Shown here piece after piece: positions 12,039-23,743 of a stretch of 64,000 nt of DNA (positions are counted from its first letter, which is position 1; each line of letters begins with the position of its first letter). Both the position numbers and the translations under genes were made by a program. A model generated the notes under the pieces. That model did not search any database. It was given only the letters and a program-made list of their open reading frames with translations, and was not told the DNA's origin. Origin of the DNA: Azolla caroliniana (taxonomy: Eukaryota; Plantae; Polypodiophyta); assembly GCA_043228905.1 (NCBI GenBank), contig JBHGNT010000007.1:15934001-15998000 (forward strand), in the 5' to 3' direction.

Positions 12039-15000
12039 ATTGTATTATTTTCTCACTCTCTCTTGATTGATCCCCTGTTTTCCCTTGATTCATCCCTTAA
12101 TTCCTTACCTCTCTTTATAGGTTCTCTCATGCATATGATGATATGGGGGTGTGTGGCATGCATGTAAGGCATGTGATGCATGATCGCCATTTGGCGCACA
12201 TGCTTTACATGTGATGCATGATAGCCATCATGCTCATCTAAGCTCTAATGTATGAAGATACACATGTCATAAGTATGGTGATAAAAGCACAATTATAGAA
12301 AATAACTTATCTTAATGGTATATGTTTCGTCCTTGGTGTGTGAGGTTACGGGTTCAAGTCTCTCAAATGTTACTTAATACAATATTCAAGTTTATTTTTA
12401 TATCGTGAAGCAAATCCTTCACGACAACGCGCATGCTCCCAAGAACCTCCGAACCTCCGTGACCGAGCTACAGTCGTGCTTCATCGCGGAGATGGCTTCT
12501 ACCTTAGACGGAGATGGTTTCCGGCCGTACGACCCACATAGGTGTCCGACGACCATGATCTCTGATTGCCCGAAGGCCGATTTTCCCCCGGAGAAGGTGA
12601 GCCTCGCGCCCTCTAACCTCTGCAGCACCTTCTCGCAGTCATCGATGTGCGTCGCCACGAATTTCCGGCACCCGTCCGGTCCGATTGTCTCGTCCTTTTC
12701 CTCCACGGGCATCCCTTGATCGGGATGTCGTCCAAGAACGGCATGGTGATGTCTGGGATGCAGTCCCTGAGCACTTTGTTCATCGCGTTCACCATGTGAA
12801 CCACTGAGTTCGTCCCTCCTTGTGGCAGGGTACACATCCGCACTAGGCCGAGAGGAGTCCGCATCGTCGTAATGTCTCTGCTCTCCATGGCTAGTTGGAA
12901 CTGATCGTACCCCGAGTACAGACCACCGACAGAATAGATTGACCTTCCAGCGAAGGCCTCCGCGAACTCGTCTATGGTCGGTCCGATCCCCGCATTACGG
13001 ATGGTCACCTTATTGACCGGTTGTAGTTCCTGGATGAAGCGCAGCGTGCCGTTCTTCGGCACCGTAAACCCCCGATTCGAATATGGGGCACTCGACGGTT
13101 CCAGGATGCCCATCTCCACCTTTTGCTTCAGGAGCTCCATCAACTTCGGGATGTGAGCTCTTGGCACCGGAAACGGCTTGAGATTCCACGGTACATGCGG
13201 TACCGTGAAGATCACCATCGGTTCGACAATTGTCGGGTCCTCACACCCAATCACCTCCGGTGAGAATGCAAAAGCCTTCCCGTGCCTTCCGAGCATTCTC
13301 CGAAACCGGTCCTCCTCCGCCAGCAGTAGGAAGATGCCCCCACCGACCTTGAGCTCCCGTAGCGTTATGTCGGTGAACCGGTGCCCTATGCCAGCCGGAT
13401 TCCGTAAACTTGGGTCCGACGCAACCCCTTTTATCCGCTCCTAGCTGCCCTCTAGCAAGGGTGTCACGACTAGCCTCACCTTCCGGTCCACAGTCTTGTA
13501 TTTCGTATCCACGCGCGCCGTCCGATCCGACCCGATCCTTTCCCCGAAGTCCGCGATGACTTCGTACATTCCCATCGATCCTACCGGAACGGTCCGGTCT
13601 TCTCTAAGGTCTTCATCGATCACCTTTTGTAGTTCGCCCAAGGTGTCGTCAAAAGAGACCGCCTCCACGGCGCCGCTGATGTCTTCGTCGGGGAAGAGGA
13701 CTCCGCATCCCTTGAGCCGCTCCTCCGCTTGCTTCCTCTCCCGGCCGCTAATGCCAGTTATAGTACAACCTCCGATGTCGGAGAACCAAAACTTCCTACC
13801 CATGGTACAAGTCTTCTTCCGTACTGTACATTTGTGGGGTTGTTCTCGGGAGTCCGGACTATCGCGGCCCCATGCCTTGATAGCCCTCTCTAAAAATCCC
13901 CTCGCGGTTACGCTGCCAAGAGCCTCGCGGTTACGCTGCCGAGGGCCTCGCGGTTACGTTCATGGTTTGGTCTTACCGTCAGTAACTGGACCGAGTGGCG
14001 CCCGTCCTGGCTTTTGACTCTTGCATAGGCTGAACCGTTCTCCAACACCTTGGTCTCCATCCGTGCCGCCGTGATATATGGCTCTCCTAGTATAACCGGA
14101 TGCGAGGACGTCTCCTGCACGAAGAAGTGTTGGTCGATCTCGACATCGCCGATTTTCACCCGTACGTTCGGATAGGCCCCATGTAGTTCTTCCGTGGCGC
14201 GCGTCGCTGCCCGTATCTTCCAGCCATGCTTGGTGTTGATCGGCCATTTCCCCTTTCTGTAGAAGTCCATGGACATCAAATTGATTTCTGAACCGTGGTC
14301 CACCAACGCCACCACCGGTTCATGAACATCTCCGATCTTCACGGGGGTCTCTGTGGTCGCTCTGGCCCAGTGCGGCCATGAATAGTGGCTCTCCGCCAAC
14401 TCATCTTCCAGTGCCATGTCCTCTATGTGCGTCGTCCGCACCTCCACCGGCTTCTCCGGTTCTGCCTCAGTCGACACCCTCTTCCTCTTCACCAAGTTTA
14501 CGATGGAGTCGTGGAACTCTTTCTTGGCGATCCCGAGCACTTCCCTCAGCGACAGTTCCACCTTGCTATCGAGGATTCGTTCTTCCAAGACCTTTCGCAG
14601 GTCCGTGGATCTTTCGATTTCTGTGCCCAACCGGTACCCGCCCCTCTTGGGATTATCCTAGGCGCCGGTTACACCAGCCTCATTCCGCCTTTGCCCGAAT
14701 CGAGTTTCATATCGTTGCGAGGGTCCGGCCCCCCCGGTTTTTCCTACCCGCTTGTCCTCCACTAGAGCCTCGTAGTTTTGACAAGCGGCTTCGACGAAGC
14801 CCGTCTTTTCTTCCACCGGGTCACTCCACCCGGTTACCTCCCAGACCCGTTTTTCCGCACGGTCCGCCTCTTCTTTCCTTAGTCGTGCCCCGGTGAAGCC
14901 TTCTAGCATCGTCGGCCAGAACCCGTCTTTGTTCGTCTTCGGGGCCTCGCCACCTCCGACCCGAATACCAGCTGACGCCGAGTAGTGGACGGTCTCCGCG

Positions 15001-16725
15001 TGACGAGCCGCCGCCTCCTCCATCAGCCTTTTCATACCCCCTCGCCCGACGTTCAGGTCCAGGGCCCTTCGGGTCTCGCTGGCATGCACCCGACCATTCC
15101 ACAAGTACACCACGTTGCTTCTCATCGCCTCGGCGAAGTCCCCGCAGTCCTTCCGGATGTGGCCAACCACGTCACACCACATGCACCTGTTTTCAACTAG
15201 AGATCGTCGGTCACAGGCCTGTTCGCCACCATTCCTCCGTGCCTGGGTGATCTGGAGATCCTTTACCATCTCCGTCAGTTCCTCCAGAGTTGCTCCCCCG
15301 GACGAGCCCTTGACCATGCAGGTCGACGCCGATCCGGTCTCGAGCCAATCTTGGGTCTCTTCCCTTCGCGTTGGTGGTGTTGGCTCGAGCTTCCTTGCTG
15401 CGACAGAGCCCGCCCCTGTCGATCCTTTGTCAACCCATTCCCGTCGTTTGTTGAAACAGCCACAGACCCTCTTCACCATGGTCCAGTCAGCCGTGAGCCC
15501 GTCATCAGTCTCCAATAGGAGGCCTACTTGCTCCCGATCCCGCTCGTCAATTGACTTAACAAACAATAGGACACGACTTGTGTCCAGAATGGTCCGGTCA
15601 AGCACCGAGAGGCGCGCGAAGCGTTCCTCAAACTCCCGGAGGAGCACCGACGCGTTCCTTCCTTTATCGGGGGTCTCCACCCACTCCATGAAGTCCCGCT
15701 TCGAAAGTCGAAGTGCATCTTCAAGCCCGTATTTTCCGAGGAACCGACCTTCGAACTCCTCCCAGGTCCGGCTCTTGGCCCGTACCTCGAGCACCTCCGT
15801 ATGGATGCCCGGCATCGTCACTCGAGGGAATCCGGCTAGACGCCTCTCTTCCGGAATGTCCCTCATTACCATCTTAGCCCGGTAGGACGCCAAGTAGCTC
15901 GTGGCATCCTTCACACTAAACTAGCCGATCGTACCGACAACCGCCTCGATAGCCCTATCAAGGGCGTCGGTGCCTTCACGCGCACTCACTATACGGTTCA
16001 CAGCCAAAGCCATGGCTTCTGCGAGGTCCGACCCCTCATCTTCTACTCCTCTGCCGCCTGTTCACGTCGGGTTCACCAAAGATGTCGTGTTGTTACGCAC
16101 GTGCGTGGAGAACAAGGCGGGACCACTGGGGTCTTGGACCGAGGAATAAGTGAGAAAAGGGAGAGCGAGAGAGAGACACTCACACACGTATAGACAAAGA
16201 AGCGCACGGGGACGCGGCCTAACAACACAGGAGACACGAGTTGAGTAGGAGATAGAGTATAAGAACACTAGTGTATGTATTTGTATGTATGCAGACGACT
16301 CGAACGGTTACAGTCGATTAGGTCAGCGAGATGGAAGCCGACGCTTGATCACCCACGCACACAGGGAGGAGCAAGATGGAGATTCTGCCGGAAGCACAGG
16401 GGCGTTCCACGGAGCAGAATCAGCCTCTTGAGAACCTGCACAAAAGAAAGCTATGGAGAACGACCGAGAACAAGAGCTCGGTCCCAATCCCCCTCTCTTT
16501 TATAGCTCAAGGAGGGAGGTCGTTTCACCCGTTTACATCACATTAATTCTCTGTCCTTTCGGACAGAGATACTCCTCAATTCTCCCTATAGAATATTTCT
16601 ACCTAGGATTCGACTTTTATGCCTACCTATCTACTATGCAACAAGGGGCGTGCCCACGTGTAAGGGCCGGTTCACACACGCTATGCACGGTTTGCGCCTG
16701 GGGGCGGTTTTCTTCACGACACCGT

Positions 16726-19700
16726 ACTAACGCTTTGACGATCGGCCCGTGTCCACGCTCCACCTTCCCATTAGCCTCCGAATTGTACGCCGTGGTGAGC
16801 GAGAGTTTAATCCCTAGCCGGTCAAACAACTCTTCTGCCTCTTACGCGTCCAATTCCCCGCGGTCGGCCATGATCTTACCTACGCACCCGTACCAGCATA
16901 CCACTTCTTCGATCAGAAATTGGCACACGTCCGCGGTCATTTTGTTCCGCAACGCTCGGCCTTCCACCTGGTTTGTCAGGTCCTCCCAAGCCAGCACCAG
17001 ATACCGCATCTGCCCTACCCCCATCGGCATCGTCACCAGATCCACCATCCACTTGAAGTGGACGGTCGGTGGGTAGGTCAGGTGAAGCTCGTTCCAATGT
17101 CGGACTATGGAGTGCACCTGACAGCTTTCGCAGGTCGTCACGAACCGATGCACGTCCCGATATAGTCCCGGCCCCCAGTACTTCCTCTTTAGCTTCTCGA
17201 ATGTGGCCCACGTCCCGCGATGTCCGGCCCAGGGACTCTCGTGGTACGTCGTCAGCAATTCTTCGTGTTCCTCTTTCTTCGCCACTACTCAGAGCGGGAT
17301 GCCATTTCTCTTCTTCGGGTGCTTCCATCTGCTCCTGTCCCGTAGGAAGAATCGGTACGCTTTCTTCCGAATCCAGTTGGTCTCTTCCCTTGTCTACGCC
17401 GCATCCAGAGTCATTGTTTTCAGGATCCCGCCGATCTGGAGCCACTCCCCGACGTATTTGCTCTCGTCGAATTCGTTAAGCGCCAGAGTGCTCCCCTTTC
17501 TTGTTGTTACGTTAGTTGACCCGAAGAAGTCCTCGCCGACTTCTTCGTTATCCGAAACCATGTCGTCCTCGTCGCTGAACCGCGCCCTTGAAAGCATATT
17601 GACCATGGCGTTATCCTTTCCGAAGATTTGCCGTATCTCTGGGTTCAAGGACTTGATGTACGCGATCCACCTGAGCATCGCCAAGTCCAGAGTCACGCAT
17701 CCAGAGACCATACCCAGAATCGGTAGGCAGTCCGCCTCGATGATCACTTTCGTCCCGATCAAATAGTCATTGTCGGCCTTGACTGCCGAAGCGATACCCC
17801 ATAGCTCGCGCTTGACTTGGGCATATCCTCGCTGCCGCTTGCTCAATACCTTTTCCCTGAACCGGATCGGGAACCGTACACCGTCTTCATCTTCCTGATT
17901 GATCGCTCACCCGATCCCGGTGGGGCTCATGTCCACCATCACATAAATGAGGACTTCCTTGCCATAAACCGCTTTTCGGAGAGCCGGTGCCACGGCGAGC
18001 GCCTCCTTCAATCTCCGAACCCACTCCGCATGCTCTGTCCTCCATTCGAACCGGTGCCCTTTCTTTAATAACCCGTAAAGCGGCTCCCTGACATGTGCGT
18101 ACTGCAGGATCCAAATGTGATAGAATGCACACGCCCCAAGGATCCTTCGGACCTCCGTGACCGACCTGCAATCGTCCTTCATCGTGGAGATGGCTTCTAC
18201 CTTCGCCGGGGACGGCTTCCACCAAAGTTCGAGGATGCCCATCTCCACCTTCTATTTCAGCAGCTCCATCAGCTTCGGGATGTGAGCTCTGGGTACCGGA
18301 ATCGGTTTGAGATTCCACAGCACATGCGGTACCGTGAAGATCACCATTGGTTCCACAACCTTCGGGTCTAAGCACCCGTTCTCCTCCGGTGAGAATGCGA
18401 AAGCCTTCCCGTGCCTCCTGAGTCTCCGAAACCGGTCCTCTTCCGTCGGCAGTAGAAAACCACCCCCACCGATCTTGAGCTCCCGTAGCATTATGTTGGT
18501 GGACGTGTGTCCTATGCTGACCGGATCTCATAAACTTGGGCCCGACGCGACCCCCTTTATCCGTAACTCGCTGCCCTCCGGCAAGGGTGCCGCAACTGGC
18601 CTCACCTTCCGGTCCACAATCTTGTACTTTGTATCCACTCGGGCCGTCCGATCCGACTCGAGTTCACTACCGAAGTTGGCAATGACTTCGTACATCTTTT
18701 CTGAACATACCGGAATCGTCCAGTCCTCATTAAGGCCTTCTCCGAACACCTCCCGTAACTTCCCCAAGGTGTCTTCGAAAGAGACCGCCTCCACGGCTCC
18801 ATTGATTTCCTCTTCAGGGCCGAGGACTCTGCATGCCCGAAGTCGCTACTCCGCCCACTTCTTTTCCCGGCCAACTACGTTGGCTATCATACAACCACCC
18901 CTATCGGAGAACCAAAATTTCCTACCTATGGTACAACTATTTTTGCCTATAGTACATCTATGGGGTTTTCCGGGGTGTCCGGACTATCGCGGCCCCACGC
19001 CTTGATAACCCTTTCTAAAAATCCCCTCGGGTTTCGGCACCGAGGGTCTCGCGGTTACGCTCATGGTTCGGTCGCACCGTCAAGAACTGGACCAAGTGAC
19101 ACCCATCCTGGCTCTTGACTCGTGCATATGCCGAACCATTGTCTAGCACCTTTGTCTCCATGCGCGCCGCCATGATGTACAAATCTCCGAGTATCACAAG
19201 ATGCGAGGACGTCTCCTGCACGAAGAAGTGTTGATCAATCTCGACATCGCCAATTTTCACTTATACATTTGGGCAAGCTCCGTGTAGCTCCTCCATGGCG
19301 CGCATTGTTTCTCGTATCTTCCACCCGTGCTTGGTGTTGATCGGCCACTTTCCCTTCTTGTAGAAGTCCATGGACATCAAGTTGATCTCTGAACCGTGGT
19401 CTACCAACGCCACCACCTGCTCCTGGACGTCCCCAATCCGAACAGGGGTTTCCGTAGTGGCCCTGGCCCAATGTAGCCTCGAGTAGTGGCTTTCCACCAA
19501 TTCGTCCTCCAGGGCCATGTCTTCTAGGTGCGTCGTTCGCACCTCCACCGGCTTCTCCGTCTCCGGCTCCGGCTCCATCGAAAGCCTTTTCCACTTCACC
19601 AAGTCCACGATGGAGCCGTGGAACTCCTTGGCAATTCCGAGCACTTCCCTCAGTGATAGCTCCACTTTGTTGTCCAGGGCCCTCCGGGTCTCACTAGCGT

Positions 19701-20682
19701 GCACCCGACCGTTCCATAGGTACATCACATTAGCTCTCATTGCTTTGGCAAAGTCCCCGCAATCCTTTCGGGCGTGGCCAACCGCGTCGCACCACAAGCA
19801 TCCGTTCCCAGCCGGAGGCCTCCGGTCACGGACTTGTTCGTTGTCGTCCCTCCGTGCTTGTGCAATCTGGAGGTCCCTCACCATCTGAGTCAGCTCCTCT
19901 AGAGCCACTCCTCCAGACAAGCCTTTGACCATGCCGGACGAAGTCGAGCCGGTCTCAAGCCAGTCTCGAGTCTCTTCCCTTCCCGCCGGTGGGGGTACCT
20001 CGACCTTCCTTGTCGCAACAAAACCCACCCCCGTCAAGCCTTTATAGACCCACTCACGCCATTTGTCAAAACGGCCATAGACTCTCTTTACCACGACCCA
20101 GTCGGTTGTTAGGCCGTCATCGGTCTCCAGCAAGAAGCCCACTTGCTCCCGATCCCTTGCGTCCACCGATTTAACGAACAATAGGACACGACTCGTGTCC
20201 AGTACAGTCCGGTCCAACGCCGAAAGTCGAGCGAAAGGTTCTTCAAACTCCCGAAGGAGCACCGACGCGTTTCTCCCCTTTTCGGGGGTCTCCACCCATT
20301 CCATGAAGTCCAGCTTCGATAGCCGAAACGCACCATCAAGCCCGTATTTTTCAAGGAGCCGACCTTCAAACTCTTCCTAGGTTCGACTCTCAGCCCGTAC
20401 CTAAAGCATCTCCGCGTGGATGCCCGGCATCGCCACCCGTGGGAATTCGGCCAGTCGCCTGTCCTCCAGGATGTCCCTCATCACCATTTCGGCTCGGTAA
20501 GCCTCCAAATAGCTCGTGGCGTCCTTCCCACCGAACCGGCCTATCGTACTGACGACTGCCTCAATAGCCCTATCCGGGGCGCTTGTGCCTTCGCACGCAG
20601 TCACTATCCCATCCACAGCCGAAGCCATAGCTTCTGCAAGATCCGACCCTCTCATCTTTCTATTCCTATGCCGCCTGTTCAT
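16726..20682 (-). pseudogene. G3 gag-pro-(RT deleted)-RH-INT, degenerate; the integrase end lies at 8052-8670
   Basis: ORFs 19261-20304, 19015-19260, 17907-18248, 17394-17846 and 16842-17285 are homologous to G4. Internal deletions at about 19673 and about 18225. Confidence 0.88.
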
Positions 20683-21392
20683 GTCGGTTTCACCAAATAT
20701 GTCGCGTTGTTATGCGCATGCGTGGAGAACGAGGCGGGACCACGGGGGCCTCGGACCGAGGAATAACCGAATGAGGAGAGGGGAAGGAACTACCGATGTA
20801 ATTCACTCACGCACAAACACACACAGATAGACAGAACGCGAGGTGGAAACAGAACGAACGTTTATGTATATATAAATCAAGGTGTTACAACCGGCAAGCC
20901 GGCGAGTGGTAGGCTCTGACGCCTGCACACACACACACACACACACACAAAGAACGCGAGATGGAGTCTCTGCCGGAAGCACTCGGGCGTTCCCCGGAGT
21001 AGAGTCAGCCTCCCGAAACCTGCACAGAACGACTATGGAGAAGACAGAGGAGAAGAGCTGGGTTCCGGTCCGGTAGCACTCATCCTCCCAAAAACACGAT
21101 ATATCTCTTTTTTTACATTACCTCTCCCTCTCTTTTATAGTCCAAGGAGGGAGGCCGTTATCACCCATTACATCATGTTTATTCCCTATCCTTTCGGACA
21201 GGGATACGCCTCGATCTTCTCCCGAACGAATGTGCACTACCTAGGATTCCCCCTCCGCCAATTTGTACCTACCTACGCAATATACAACAAAACTTGTGCC
21301 CACATGTAAGGGCCGGTTTACGCACGTTATACCCAGTTTCCGCTTAAGGACGGTTTTCTCCACGACACCGTGTTCCTAATCGGTAACACTTT

Positions 21393-21407
21393 TGGCATGC
21401 CTCGTGA
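21393..21407 (+). promoter_or_regulatory. Putative primer-binding site of G2 (tRNA-Arg-like)
   Basis: TGGCATGCCTCGTGA, 4 nt after the LTR end at 21388. Resembles TGGCACGCCCGGTGGGA, the recalled complement of plant tRNA-Arg(UCU). Confidence 0.55.
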
Positions 21408-23743
21408 TCTGTGTCTTCTCATAGACGAACAACGACGAATGGATGTTTAGCCGCAAACACCCCAGAGAACCAACATGACAAGACCGGCCAATCACAAGGT
21501 CCATCACACGCCAGGCAGAGGAACACGCACGGCAAAAGCCTCACCTCAGTGACCTCAGTACTATCTATCGGGACCACAAAGACGATTTCTCGCTCTCCAA
21601 ATACCTCGGGAATACGTGGGAAGCGCGCTCACCACAAAAGCACTGTGGTCTTTCCCTGCCCGCCGTAGCATCCAACATGGCCTTTGAATATCCCCGCTTC
21701 AACAGGGAAACCCACGCCGCAACCCACATCTGTCTGTTCCTCAATGTCTAGAATGCAAACCACATGGCACAGAGCCTTTCCGAGGCAGTAGTGCACCAGT
21801 CCAAAATGACAGAGTTCGGATTAACCTTGGATGGGAGAGCGGCGTTTTGGCATTCGCAGATGGATCTGCCAGCAATCACGACCTTCGACCAACTACAGTC
21901 AGCCTTTCTGCGGTTTTTTCATCGGAGGGTGCCGCAACGCTAAATCCTCGGACAATTCTACACAATTAATCAATTGCCGATCGAGACGGTCGTGGATTTC
22001 AGCTTACGTTTCCAAAATCTACGGTGGAAATTAGAACAAGGCCCGACGGAGGACGAGGCTATGGAGACATTTCTGGCAGCATTACGCCGACCCATACAGA
22101 CAACGCTCAACAACAATAGCGTGAAAGGGGAAACGGTTGATATGGTCATAGAAAGAGCACTACAGTTCGAGATGGACGAAGAAGAGGAAAGGTTTTCCAT
22201 GTCCTCATTACGACAAGCGTTACCTCAGGACGAGGAACGACATTTTCGTCTAGCGATCCAGTGCACGATTTGCTTCAATTCGGGGCATTCCGTAGTTAAA
22301 TGCAACATGCGAATCCACTGTCCAATTTGTCACTCGAAAGCTCACACAGTTGAGCAGTACGAGTACAATATGTTGAACAGAGCCACGCCCACAGTACGCA
22401 GCGTGGACACACAGCATCCCCCACGCCGTAATGAACAAAGGCGGCAGGAAGACCGACCACGATATATGGATCGCAATCCACACAATGACTGGCACTACCA
22501 GCATCGCCGGAATCACAATGATTCCGAGGAAGACGAGCATCGGCAATATCGAGACCACTGGCAGAATGACAAAAGTTCGGACGATGACCAGCACCAGGAA
22601 CCACGTCGGGACCAACAACAACCACCGCATATGCTCCGACGAACAAATCGAACCGGGAGGAGCAAGTCACACCTGGGGATCGGCACACACCACCAAGGGC
22701 CGAGAAGGGCGAATCTAGCATCCATTGTTTTGTTTGTCAATAGCCCGGACATTATGCCACACATTGCCCAATACGCAAGGGCAAGGGGCCCGCCTTCAAT
22801 ACGATTATGGCAGAAGTACAGCAAGTCACGACACGTCAGCAAACAAAAACTGTTGATTGGGCCGCGCAAGATGAGATATGGCGGACAAATACGGAACACA
22901 TGCAGAAGGAGTCCGCAAACACGGTGGAGCTATTGGAGGACAAGGGACCATCCCCGGACCCCATTTGGCAAGCACTGACAGGCTGCGAGATAACGTTAAC
23001 CATGGAGAAGCTGCTGCAACTAATCCCACGATTCCGCCAAGCCGTGGAAGAGCGGGTGACAGGCAGACCTAGGGTAACCGTCGCCGCGAATTTTACGAAC
23101 ATTAGCGACAGACCGACAGTAGTGGATCACCACAACCCGACTATTAAGTTGATATTACACAGTCAGGAAATCCCAGGATGTGTAATCGATGGCGGCTCGA
23201 GCGTTAATGTAATTAGCGCGAAGACATGCGAACAATTGGGAATTTCAGAATCGGAAGCTTGCCCGTTCTGGCTCCGCATGGCGGACTTCACCGCTCAGTA
23301 CGACCATTGGGGTTGATACGCAAGGTAGACATTATCGTGGGAGGACATCGCTTCGACATCTTGGCAGTAGTCCTCACCCTTGACGCCCCAAGGGCGTATC
23401 CTATGTTGTTGGGCAAACCGTGGCTTCGTTCAGCGAATATCAAGCAGAGCTGGCAACACAAGTGTATCAGCTTTTGACGCGGACTCACCAAGGTCCGCGT
23501 ACCAACCGAGGAAATGGCGACACAACCCAAGGTCATAACACCATTGTACGCAACGGATATAAATATGCTGGCTAGGGTGGATGATACAAAATTAGAAACA
23601 TACCTAGACGAGCACCCTCGGATTATTCCGTTGTTCGAAATCAACGTCATCGAAACTGCGGCGGAATATTCCATGCCCACTCAAGGTTGTTAGGTACGTT
23701 AGGTACAGTACGGATACCATATGTATTTAACGTATTAATACCC

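Larger units (their letters stand above)
11408..12426. mobile_element. Solo LTR (about 1.0 kb, TGTCG...CACGACA lineage) inserted in G4 pol
   Basis: Starts TGTCG and ends TTCACGACA like the G1/G3/G4 LTRs. 4-bp flanks ACGT (11404-11407) and ACGC (12427-12430). G4 pol resumes across it. Minus-strand TATA-like CTATAAAGAG at 12111-12120, as in the G3/G4 LTRs. Confidence 0.8.
9380..16000 (-). pseudogene. G4 gag-pro-pol, degenerate
   Basis: ORFs 14658-15914 (gag, CMWCDVVGHIRKDC), 13908-14630 (protease VDHGSEIN), 12613-13296 (RT, PFLDD), 10380-11290 (RNase H and INT zinc finger) and 9885-10328 (INT core). End coordinates are approximate. Confidence 0.9.
8671..16721 (-). mobile_element. Gypsy element G4 (G1-like lineage) inserted in the G3 integrase
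   Basis: 639-bp LTRs at 8671-9309 and 16083-16721. 4-bp TSD CCGT at 8667-8670 and 16722-16725. PBS-Trp 16062-16078. The G3 integrase reading (KALVRA|CGGQVG) resumes across the insertion. Confidence 0.94.
7318..21367 (-). mobile_element. Gypsy element G3 (G1-like lineage) inserted near the end of G2's 5' LTR; RT core deleted
   Basis: LTRs 7318-7977 and 20700-21367 (TGTCG...CACGACA). 4-bp TSD CCGT at 7314-7317 and 21368-21371. The uninterrupted site is visible in G2's 3' LTR near 36515-36530. PBS-Trp 20679-20695, PPT 7978-7989. Confidence 0.93.

Noticed and set aside
11871-12167. Functional nuclear petD gene
   Set aside because: The ATG lies in intron sequence, homology ends after about 51 codons, and there is no transit peptide.
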